Shown here: one piece after another, positions 39,295 to 47,779 of the stretch | Layout of the letters: every line of letters begins with the position of its first letter | Numbering within the stretch: position 1 is the stretch's first letter | Assembly: GCA_034439575.1 (NCBI GenBank) | Contig: JAWXAQ010000007.1 | Coordinates: 96,001 to 160,000, forward strand | Reading direction: 5' to 3' | Length of the DNA: 64,000 nucleotides | DNA from: Leptospira sp. | GTDB taxonomy: Bacteria > Spirochaetota > Leptospiria > Leptospirales > Leptospiraceae | Notes under the pieces: generated by a model | What the model was told of the DNA's origin: nothing | Seen by the model: only the letters and a program-made list of their open reading frames with translations | Databases searched by the model: none | Position numbers and translations under genes: made by a program

Positions 39295-40044
39295 TCATGT
39301 TCGATCAAATAATTTGGATAAGTATTCTTCAAGATTTATTCTAATTGGCATCAGATAAATATTCAGTTCATTGCTTGCACAATAATTAATCACATCCTTA
39401 GCATAACTTACATTCCAGTCTATTGTCGGATTAAAACCTTTTGGAAAGTAGGCCCTATTTCTTGATTCCCAATAGCTTTGAGATTTATCAGAAATCACTG
39501 GACTAATGCCAATATATACTTCCATTCCTCTAAGTTTTTCAGTAAATATATCTATAAGTCTTAAGTCAAAAAATGGTTGAGTTAAAAATCCATCAGCACC
39601 AGCATCCTTCTTCATTTCGATATAATCAAATTCATCTTTAATCCCAACTCGATATTGATCAATTGCAGCATAAACTTTCAAAGAGCTTATTTCTTTTTTG
39701 AGTTTTTTAATCAATTTAATTGAAGTTGTTGGATATACCTTATTTGACATATCTGTTGGCGGATCTCCTTTAATCACAACAACAGATGTTATTTTATTTT
39801 CACGAAGGTAATTTATAATGTGACTGCAATTCTCAATATCAAAATCAATTGCACGTATATGTGGAATAACATTTGGAAAAATATCTTTTATCAAAGTTGC
39901 TGCGACCCAGCTTCTTGTTTCGAATCTTAATAAGTCAGGTATATTTATACCAAAAATTTGATTAAAATTTTTTTTTACATAACTAACTTCAGATAAAAGT
40001 GATTTGACTTCTCTTGGTATGATTTCAAGTAATATCTTGTTCAT
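39295..40044 (-). CDS. Methylenetetrahydrofolate reductase family protein (short form)
   Basis: 'EIIP', 'NIPD', 'IPHIRA', 'VIKGD', 'KKDAGADGFLTQPFFD'. Confidence 0.8.
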   Translation of the reverse strand: MNKILLEIIPREVKSLLSEVSYVKKNFNQIFGINIPDLLRFETRSWVAATLIKDIFPNVIPHIRAIDFDIENCSHIINYLRENKITSVVVIKGDPPTDMSNKVYPTTSIKLIKKLKKEISSLKVYAAIDQYRVGIKDEFDYIEMKKDAGADGFLTQPFFDLRLIDIFTEKLRGMEVYIGISPVISDKSQSYWESRNRAYFPKGFNPTIDWNVSYAKDVINYCASNELNIYLMPIRINLEEYLSKLFDRT

Positions 40045-40134
40045 AATAAATACATAACTTCTTTGTTTAATTTATAATGGCAACTTAAAGTTTAATTACC
40101 GATGTTCTAAATCACAAACCAAATCCTCATCGAC

Positions 40135-40201
40135 GATTCTTACCTTACGGCAAACTTAGTTTCCATCGGAAGCTTAGCCATGGATAATGTAGCGCTGCCT
40201 T
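40135..40201 (-). repeat. Degenerate inverted copy of the intergenic repeat
   Basis: Colinear blocks gcaaa, gtttccatcgg, catggat, gtag, cctt match the reverse complement of 6065-6132. Confidence 0.6.
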
Positions 40202-40446
40202 TTTAGAAGATAGCTAGATCAGGAAATTAAGAATAAATTTATCATTTAACAAATCCGAGGTGCCCATGTATTCAAAAATAATTGCATAAAAATTTGTAAG
40301 AACTCAAAATTATAATTCGTCGCGATTATTAGCATATTGCTTAAATTTTCATAACTATTGAAAGACTTTTAAGTAACTTAAATTTAAAAAATTTATTGAA
40401 TAAAGGATCCATTGATGAATACTTCTGCTGATGAAAATAATAATTT

Positions 40447-42576
40447 ATGATTAAAACTAATTTTGATATTCTTTGGATTATTTTTTCAAGTGGGCTAGTT
40501 TTCTTTATGCAAGCAGGCTTTCTCTGTTTAGAGTCTGGCCTAACAAGAACCAAAAATTCCATCAATGTAGCCATCAAAAATATCACGGACTTCGGGATTG
40601 CCACTGCCGTTTTTTATACACTTGGTTTTGGTATCATGTATGGCGAAAGTTTTTATGGTTTCTTTGGAACAAATTCATTTTTACCTAACTTCGGAATTGT
40701 TTCGCCTGAAATTCCTGTTTTTTTTATTTTTCAATTAATGTTTTGCGGAACAGCGGCAACTATAGTATCAGGAGCTGTCGCCGAACGGATGAAATTCGGT
40801 GCTTATATTATAGTAACGATTATTATATCCGCTTTGATTTATCCACTATTTGGCCACTGGGCTTGGGGGAAAAATTTATCATCTTGGAATATAGCCACGG
40901 GTTGGCTCGCAAAACTTGGATTTATTGATTTTGCAGGATCTACTGTTGTGCATAGTTTAGGTGGATGGGTTGGCCTAGTCGCGATGTCAATTATTGGGCC
41001 AAGGGAAGGAAAGTATTCGGCCTCAGGTGAAATTAGAAATATAACAGGACACAGTTTACCTATTGCCATGCTTGGAACATTGATTCTATGGTTTGGTTGG
41101 ATAGGATTTAATGGTGGTAGCACTTTAGCGTTCTCAGGAAAAGTTCCGGGAATTATCGCAAATACTATGTTGTCTGCTGCAGGTGGATTGGGCGCTGCAT
41201 TAATATACGGATGGAAACGATTAGGTTATGCAGAAGCGACCCTACCATTGAACGGGGCATTGGCTGGTCTTGTTTCAATCACGGCATCTTGTCATGCTGT
41301 AACTTCAGCGCAAGCTTTACTAATTGGAATCGTTGGTGGGATTCTAATGTTTGAGACTCGTCCCCTATTAGATAAATTCAAGATGGATGATGCAGTCGGT
41401 GCCATTCCCGTTCATTTAACAGGTGGAATATGGGGTACTCTCGCCGTCGGTCTTTTTGGAAACTTAACAACTTTAGGAACAGGACTTTCACGTGTTGATC
41501 AAATTTTAATACAACTTACAGGAATCGTATGTTGTAGTTTAAATGCATTGTTCATTAGTTATTTGTTATTGAAATTGATTAATCATTACTATCCGCTTCG
41601 CGTATCATCGCAAGACGAATATGAAGGGCTCAATTTTACTGAACATAGAGCAACGACAGAACTTACTGATTTATTTCTGGAAATGGAATACCAAAAAAGA
41701 ACTGGGGATCTCAGTAAAGATATTTCTGTCGAACCATTTACCGAAGTTGGCCAAATTGCTGAAAGATACAATTTGGTTTTAAAAAAAATAAGAATCGGTA
41801 TCGAAGAAAGGGATCAGCTAACAAAGGATTTACAAAAAAATTTGAGTCTAATTCAGTCTGATCTTTTAACAGCCAAAAAGATTCAAAAGTCAATCATTGC
41901 AGAAAATGATAAAAAAATTCAAGGGTTAAATATTAATGCTCGCTATCTTCCGCTAACAGAAGTAGGTGGAGATTTTTATGATATTTCTGAAGTGAAACCT
42001 GGTGTAACAAGAATATTCCTTGCGGATACGACAGGTCACGGAGTCCAGGCCGCCCTAATGACAATGGCGATCAAAACATTATATGAATCATTAAAGAGGA
42101 AATCATTCTCCGTCGCAGAAATACTCTATTATTTAAATAATGAATTTTTAGATTTTTTTGGAACTTTAAACCAATTCTTAACCTGTATCATTATAGAAAT
42201 AGATATAAATAAAAACCAAATTTTATATTCATCTGCCGGCCATATACCTCAATATTTAGTTGCCGATGGAAAGTTGATTCGATTAGAAAAAACTGGTCGC
42301 TTGTTAGGTGTCAAAAAGAATGCAGAACATGAAAGTAAAATTCTGCCCTTCGCTGGAAATTCTAAGTTATTTTTATTCACAGATGGAATTTCAGAATCTT
42401 GGAATCATGAAAAAATCGAATATGGAGACGAAAGAATTGAAATGATTCTTTCAGATTCTAACAATGCACACGTTTCCGAAACAATAAATCGTTTGTTAGA
42501 TGATCAAAAATTATTTTTAGCAGGCGAAAAGGTAGAAGATGATATTACGATCATCGGCATAGAAAAAGAAAATTAG
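40447..42576 (+). CDS. amt: Ammonium transporter (Amt) fused to a SpoIIE/PP2C-type phosphatase
   Basis: Amt: 'MQAGF..LESG', 'FQLMF', 'HWAW', 'DFAGSTVVH', 'WFGWIGFNGGS', 'DDAVGAIPVH'. PP2C: 'VGGDFYD', 'ADTTGHG', 'SAGH', 'FTDG', 'DDIT'. Confidence 0.92.
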   Translation: MIKTNFDILWIIFSSGLVFFMQAGFLCLESGLTRTKNSINVAIKNITDFGIATAVFYTLGFGIMYGESFYGFFGTNSFLPNFGIVSPEIPVFFIFQLMFCGTAATIVSGAVAERMKFGAYIIVTIIISALIYPLFGHWAWGKNLSSWNIATGWLAKLGFIDFAGSTVVHSLGGWVGLVAMSIIGPREGKYSASGEIRNITGHSLPIAMLGTLILWFGWIGFNGGSTLAFSGKVPGIIANTMLSAAGGLGAALIYGWKRLGYAEATLPLNGALAGLVSITASCHAVTSAQALLIGIVGGILMFETRPLLDKFKMDDAVGAIPVHLTGGIWGTLAVGLFGNLTTLGTGLSRVDQILIQLTGIVCCSLNALFISYLLLKLINHYYPLRVSSQDEYEGLNFTEHRATTELTDLFLEMEYQKRTGDLSKDISVEPFTEVGQIAERYNLVLKKIRIGIEERDQLTKDLQKNLSLIQSDLLTAKKIQKSIIAENDKKIQGLNINARYLPLTEVGGDFYDISEVKPGVTRIFLADTTGHGVQAALMTMAIKTLYESLKRKSFSVAEILYYLNNEFLDFFGTLNQFLTCIIIEIDINKNQILYSSAGHIPQYLVADGKLIRLEKTGRLLGVKKNAEHESKILPFAGNSKLFLFTDGISESWNHEKIEYGDERIEMILSDSNNAHVSETINRLLDDQKLFLAGEKVEDDITIIGIEKEN

Positions 42577-42701
42577 TATATTATGATTCAATAGATTTTA
42601 ATTCAAAAAAGCATTCATGCGTATTTCAATTTATGATCTGGAAACAATTCTTAGTCGAAACTTAAGAAGAATATTAATTTTGGGAGAGTATGATAGAATT
42701 T

Positions 42702-42731
42702 GTTCGGATCACATACATTCGCGATCCGAAC
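42702..42731. terminator. Hairpin between convergent genes (possible terminator)
   Basis: GTTCGGATC-12 nt-GATCCGAAC perfect 9-bp stem; no strong U tract. Confidence 0.5.
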
Positions 42732-42771
42732 TGAGAAATTACTTACGCCTAATCGTATTTAAGCGCTAATT

Positions 42772-43056
42772 TTATTTTTTTCCATTTTTCTCTTCTTTTT
42801 TGGATTCTCGTTTCTCTTCTTTTTTGACTTTTTTGAAGTTCTTTATTTCATCCGCAGTAATAGAGCCATCTGCGTCTTTATCAAATTCAGTAAATCGAGC
42901 ATCGTGAAAAGTTTGCCATTCTTCTTTAGTAATTTTTTTATCTGAATTCGCATCCATTTCTTTAAAATGTCCCATACCATTCCCTTTATCATGAGCGCTC
43001 AGTGCGACTGAAAAAGTAAATAGGGAAATTAGTGAATAATAGTGTAGTTTCATCAT
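42772..43056 (-). CDS. Exported EF-hand protein
   Basis: Signal peptide; 'DANSDKKITKEE' and 'DKDADGSITADE' EF-hand loops. Confidence 0.85.
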   Translation of the reverse strand: MMKLHYYSLISLFTFSVALSAHDKGNGMGHFKEMDANSDKKITKEEWQTFHDARFTEFDKDADGSITADEIKNFKKVKKEEKRESKKEEKNGKK

Positions 43057-43210
43057 GTCCTCTTTGACCTAAAATTAGATGCCAATCCTGAGGAAAGTCA
43101 AGACCAACGAGAACAATTACAAGAAATTATGACGCATTCCAAATTATACAGCAATGTAATAAGTCGTTTAATATTGACAGAGGGACTGATTTTATAAGCA
43201 TTTAAGAATC

Positions 43211-45052
43211 ATGCAAAATGAATACCTACTCGGCATTTCTGCCTATTATCATGACAGTGCTGCGTGTTTGCTAAAGAACGGAGAAATCGTAGCTGCGGCT
43301 CAAGAAGAAAGATTTACTCGGAAAAAACACGATTCCAGATTTCCAATCAATGCTATCCAGTATTGCCTTAAAGAAGCAAATATCAGTTCCGATGATTTAA
43401 CGAATGTTATATTTTACGACAAACCATTAGTTAAATTTGAAAGATTATTAGAAACTTATCTTTCTTACGCACCCCGTGGATTGTTCTCGTTTTTTGCTGC
43501 GATGCCAATTTGGCTGAAAGAAAAACTTTTTCTAAAAAGTACCCTACAAAAAGAATTTAAAAGTTTATCACCCACGAAAAAATCTCCTAAACTTTTATTC
43601 ACCGAACACCACCAAGCACATGCAGCCTCAACTTTCTTTGTTAGCCCTTATGAAAAAGCCATTGTTCTTTGTCTTGATGGGGTTGGTGAATGGGCAACTA
43701 CTTCCGCTTGGGTCGGAGATGGCAACAAACTAACACCTCTTTGGGAGATCGACTTTCCACATTCGATAGGTTTATTATATTCAGCATTTACTTATTATAC
43801 AGGGTTTAAAGTAAATTCAGGTGAGTACAAAGTAATGGGACTCGCACCGTATGGCGAACCAAAGTATGTTGATCTCATTTATAAACATTTGTTAGACCTA
43901 AAAGAAGATGGTACATTTCGTTTAAATATGGAATACTTCAATTATGCAGCTGGCCTAACAATGACAAATGATAAATTTCATAAATTATTTGGTGGGCCAC
44001 CAAGAAAAAGTGAATCTACTCTCACACAAAAGGAAATGGATTTAGCTAGATCAGTCCAAGAAGTCACCGAAGAAGTTATGTTACGACTTGCAAGAGCGGC
44101 AAAAAAAGAAACAGGTATCAATCATATTTGTTTGTCAGGTGGTGTCGCATTAAATTGTGTAGCAAATGGAAAAATACTAAAATCAGGAATTTTTGATGAA
44201 GTATACATTCAACCTGCTGCGGGCGATGCAGGTGGTGCACTAGGTGCTGCACTTTCTGCACACTACGAATATAAAAAACATCCCAGAAAAGTGAATCCGC
44301 TTGATTCTATGAAAGGTTCTTATTTGGGACCATCATATGAAAATCCTGATATTAAAATTTCTTTAGATAAGCTTGGTGCCAAATATACAGAGCTTTCCAA
44401 CGATGCGCTTGATGACCGTTTGGCGAAAGTATTAGAAGAAGGAAATGTAATCGGTTATTTCCAAGGACGAATGGAATTTGGACCACGAGCCCTTGGTGGA
44501 AGGTCTATTATTGGCGATCCAAGAAACCAAAAAATGCAATCGGTGATGAACCTAAAAATCAAATATAGAGAAAGTTTTCGTCCATTTGCTCCCGCAGTAC
44601 TTGCAGAAAAAGTTTCTGAATATTTTGATATCAAAGCAAAAAGCCCTTATATGCTAATAGTCGCAGATGTATTGCCTAAACATCGAATTGAAATGACAAC
44701 CGAACAACAAAAGTTATTCGGTATAGAAAAATTGAATGTTCCAAGGTCTTCATTACCCGCCATAACGCATGTAGATTATTCAGCAAGAATTCAAACGGTC
44801 CATCCTGAAACGAATCCAAGATTTCACTCACTCTTAACAAAATTCTATAAACTGACAAATTGTCCAGTTTTAGTAAATACCTCTTTCAATGTTAGAGGAG
44901 AGCCAATCGTATCTACACCCGAAGATGCTTACAGATGTTTTATGAGAACTGAAATGGATTATCTCGTCATTGAAAATTTTCTATTAGATAAAAAAGATCA
45001 GCCCATAATTGAAAAAGATGATTCTTGGAAACAAGAATTCGAGTTGGATTAA
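43211..45052 (+). CDS. O-carbamoyltransferase (NodU/CmcH/TobZ family; SxtI-like)
   Basis: 'YHDSAA', 'EERFTRKKH', 'EHH.AHA', 'DGVGE', 'GGVALNC.ANG', 'EFGPRALG', 'FRPFAP', 'NTSFN'. Confidence 0.95.
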   Translation: MQNEYLLGISAYYHDSAACLLKNGEIVAAAQEERFTRKKHDSRFPINAIQYCLKEANISSDDLTNVIFYDKPLVKFERLLETYLSYAPRGLFSFFAAMPIWLKEKLFLKSTLQKEFKSLSPTKKSPKLLFTEHHQAHAASTFFVSPYEKAIVLCLDGVGEWATTSAWVGDGNKLTPLWEIDFPHSIGLLYSAFTYYTGFKVNSGEYKVMGLAPYGEPKYVDLIYKHLLDLKEDGTFRLNMEYFNYAAGLTMTNDKFHKLFGGPPRKSESTLTQKEMDLARSVQEVTEEVMLRLARAAKKETGINHICLSGGVALNCVANGKILKSGIFDEVYIQPAAGDAGGALGAALSAHYEYKKHPRKVNPLDSMKGSYLGPSYENPDIKISLDKLGAKYTELSNDALDDRLAKVLEEGNVIGYFQGRMEFGPRALGGRSIIGDPRNQKMQSVMNLKIKYRESFRPFAPAVLAEKVSEYFDIKAKSPYMLIVADVLPKHRIEMTTEQQKLFGIEKLNVPRSSLPAITHVDYSARIQTVHPETNPRFHSLLTKFYKLTNCPVLVNTSFNVRGEPIVSTPEDAYRCFMRTEMDYLVIENFLLDKKDQPIIEKDDSWKQEFELD

Positions 45053-45053
45053 A

Positions 45054-45464
45054 ATGAAAGATACCACCAAACCTACACCCAGCCTTGACGATTTAAGAAA
45101 ATTTGCATTCATAGTCGGGGGTGTCCTTGCTGTGATTTTCGGCGGACTCATTCCCTATTTGAATCGAGGATCTTGGAATCCTAATTTGGTCTATATTGGT
45201 TCGGCCATCATATTCCTTGGAGTCACCGTTCCAAAAATATTGCTATATCCTTACAAACTTTGGATGTTGATCGGTGAAGTTCTCGGTTGGATCAATACAC
45301 GTATCATCTTATCTGTTATCTTTTTCTTGTTGTTTACACCAATTGGAATTATAAAAAAGATCTTCGGTAATGACTCTATGCGAAGAAAGTTGGATTCAAA
45401 GACTGAAACTTACCGCATAGTTTGTATAGAACGAACATCAGATCATATGGAAAGGCCATTTTAG
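45054..45464 (+). CDS. SxtJ-family membrane protein
   Basis: 'LRKF', 'WM.IG..LGWINTRIIL..IFF..FTPIG', 'D.MRRK', terminal 'ERPF'. Start moved to ATG 45054. Confidence 0.85.
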   Translation: MKDTTKPTPSLDDLRKFAFIVGGVLAVIFGGLIPYLNRGSWNPNLVYIGSAIIFLGVTVPKILLYPYKLWMLIGEVLGWINTRIILSVIFFLLFTPIGIIKKIFGNDSMRRKLDSKTETYRIVCIERTSDHMERPF

Positions 45465-45473
45465 AGGAACAAA

Positions 45474-45626
45474 ATGATAGAATTACTTAAGGACTTATGG
45501 GATTTTTTAAGAATACGGAAAAAATTTTGGTTAGCACCCATTATAATCATCTTACTTTTATTAGGTGCTCTGCTTGTATTAACACAAGGTTCAGCAATCG
45601 CTCCTTTTATATATACTTTATTCTAA
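45474..45626 (+). CDS. SxtK / DUF5989-family small membrane protein (50 aa)
   Basis: Not in the ORF track. MIELLKDLWDFLRIRKKFWLAPIIIILLLLGALLVLTQGSAIAPFIYTLF, with GAGGA RBS. Confidence 0.9.
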   Translation: MIELLKDLWDFLRIRKKFWLAPIIIILLLLGALLVLTQGSAIAPFIYTLF

Positions 45627-45627
45627 G

Positions 45628-46785
45628 TTAATTTGAATTAAAAAGGGGAGATTTTTGTAAATGTTGTACGAAAATCTTCCCAAATACTTTGTGACCTTCC
45701 CCATTCCAATGAGCATCATATGGAAAGTATAAATTTTCCGGATTCACATTCCATAAAAGCCTAGATGTCATCAAACAATCAATAAACTTCATTTCACAAA
45801 AGGACTGTATATTTTTAAGATGCGGATTTTTTTGTTCATACGCTTTTATTTCATGGGATTTGATATCACCAAGAATTCCACCTTTTGCAAAAAATTCTTT
45901 TGCTGGGATATATATAATTCCCATTTTAATATTATTTTCAGTTAAAAGATCAAAAATTAAATCAAGATAATATATCTCTTTTTCCAAACGATCCTTCCAA
46001 ATCTGTGTTTCAGCAGATGCGTAAAATTCAAATTGTCCATTGTACTTAGTTTGAATCGATTCCGAGAGCGGTGTTAGTCGACCAAATTTCTGAAGTGATT
46101 CTTGGTGATTCAACAATTTCACATCCGGCACACGATTTTCTTTGTAATATAAAATGGGTTCAGTTCCACCTTTTGCAAATTTTAAGGACCGCTTTATAAG
46201 TCGGATAGTTGTGCTTTCCTTAACAAAATTGTAAAGTGGAGTGCTAAATATTTTAGCTAACAATGGTTTTTTGGGAATTCTAATTCCGTCCTTCTCTTCC
46301 AAAAATATTTCAAATTTATCAATATCATCCAAATCATTATCAAACAATTGAATATAAACAACCTCTGGTCTAAATTTTTTAACGTATTCTTTTAAGTGAA
46401 TGTACATTAAAGATGGAGAAGAGCCATGAACTCCCATATTTCTAATTTTTTTGTCTTTAGGTAATTCTTTATTGGCAATTTCTGTAAAAACTTCGTTCTC
46501 TTCAACTCCCCAACCTTCTGAGAATGAATCACCAACTAACAAAACAGGATAATTATCGGATGTTAATTTTTGTCGTCCGCCAAAATTATTAGTTTCTACT
46601 AAAACTTTATATTCTTCGGAAACAACATACCCAGACTTATTTGGATACATAGAAAATAATAAATCATCATCAAATGATTTTACAAATACAACTTCTGGAT
46701 CAAATAATCTAAGTAAAAATTCTGCAATGCTAATATAAAACAAAATCAAAACAAAATACAATACTAATTTTTTAAATATTTTCAT
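45628..46785 (-). CDS. Membrane-anchored SGNH/GDSL hydrolase-like protein
   Basis: N-terminal TM + 'AEFLLR'; block I 'VGDSFSEG', 'GVHG', 'DND', block V 'DAHWN..GH'. Confidence 0.85.
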   Translation of the reverse strand: MKIFKKLVLYFVLILFYISIAEFLLRLFDPEVVFVKSFDDDLLFSMYPNKSGYVVSEEYKVLVETNNFGGRQKLTSDNYPVLLVGDSFSEGWGVEENEVFTEIANKELPKDKKIRNMGVHGSSPSLMYIHLKEYVKKFRPEVVYIQLFDNDLDDIDKFEIFLEEKDGIRIPKKPLLAKIFSTPLYNFVKESTTIRLIKRSLKFAKGGTEPILYYKENRVPDVKLLNHQESLQKFGRLTPLSESIQTKYNGQFEFYASAETQIWKDRLEKEIYYLDLIFDLLTENNIKMGIIYIPAKEFFAKGGILGDIKSHEIKAYEQKNPHLKNIQSFCEMKFIDCLMTSRLLWNVNPENLYFPYDAHWNGEGHKVFGKIFVQHLQKSPLFNSN

Positions 46786-46843
46786 TCTAATACCAAACCT
46801 GATAATAAATTTTTACTTATTAATAGCAAATGTTATGTGATAT

Positions 46844-47779
46844 TTACGATTCTTGAAAATCAGTAAGTAATTCAGAACTATTATCATTTAACAAAATGGT
46901 GATAATAGCTTTTGAACCATCGTCTTCGTAAGTCAAATCATCGAAGGATAATCGACGAGCCATAAAAATGCCTCGGCCATGTGTTTTAAATGCATTTTTG
47001 GTCATGGCTTGTAATGATAAAAACTTTCTCCAATCAAATCCTTTGCCCTGATCTTTTATAATAATTTTAATCTTATCTTCAAATTTCTCAAACAAAATTT
47101 GTACAAACTTTTGTGCATATTCAGGTTGATTCAATCGATTGAAAATTTCTTCCATCAATTTATCATTATCATGCAATTCCGTTTTTTCTTGATAGGTGAT
47201 GCCTAAATTACCATGTTCAATTGAATTATTCAGAATTTCCATGATCCCAGTTAACACTCGTTCTGGATTTGGACATGCATTCGCTAGAATTGGTGCCAAT
47301 TCATGAGACTCACGAATTGACTTAATTCTAAATTCACCCTTAACAAGGTGACGCAGTGCGCCCATTCCTTTATGCAGATCTTCTTTAGCTTTCTGTAATT
47401 TTATATAATGTTCAACTGCTGTCTGTACGATTGTGACTAACAATGCTCTTGAATAAGGTTTCGTTAAATAATAAAATGCACCTGCATCTAAACCATCAGT
47501 CATATCTGTAACTCCGCTCATAGCAGTCTGAAATATTACTGGGATATCTTTCCATTTCTCAGAATGTTTTATTTTTCTAAGTAATTCTATGCCATCCATC
47601 TTCGGCATCAATCGATCGAGTATAATTGCAAAAAAAGGAAATTCATTTCGATTTAATATGGCAAGTGCTTCTTCTCCATCTCTAGCTTTGACAATATTAA
47701 ATCCTTTTTCGCTTAACGACTCTTCAATGATCATTAAATTGATTGATTCGTCATCGACTGCCAAAAGATTCATAGTCAT
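46844..47779 (-). CDS. Response regulator fused to a HATPase (anti-sigma/RsbW-like kinase) domain
   Basis: REC 'AVDD', 'ILDRLMPKMDG', 'KP'; C-terminal 'EILNNSIEHGN', 'IKDQGKGFDW', 'HGRGI'. Confidence 0.85.
   Translation of the reverse strand: MTMNLLAVDDESINLMIIEESLSEKGFNIVKARDGEEALAILNRNEFPFFAIILDRLMPKMDGIELLRKIKHSEKWKDIPVIFQTAMSGVTDMTDGLDAGAFYYLTKPYSRALLVTIVQTAVEHYIKLQKAKEDLHKGMGALRHLVKGEFRIKSIRESHELAPILANACPNPERVLTGIMEILNNSIEHGNLGITYQEKTELHDNDKLMEEIFNRLNQPEYAQKFVQILFEKFEDKIKIIIKDQGKGFDWRKFLSLQAMTKNAFKTHGRGIFMARRLSFDDLTYEDDGSKAIITILLNDNSSELLTDFQES

Noticed and set aside
31166-40446. Intact integrative element or prophage at tRNA-Gly
   Set aside because: No integrase or phage genes, and no distal copy of the tRNA 3' end was found by eye.
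40045-40446. SAM-I riboswitch upstream of the MTHFR-like gene
   Set aside because: Core SAM-I elements (AUC..GAG, GCAACC, GUGC) were not found on the minus strand; the GC-richer part is explained by the repeat relic.
43211-46785. Saxitoxin biosynthesis cluster
   Set aside because: No sxtA, sxtG, sxtB or other core genes; only the carbamoylation-related module.
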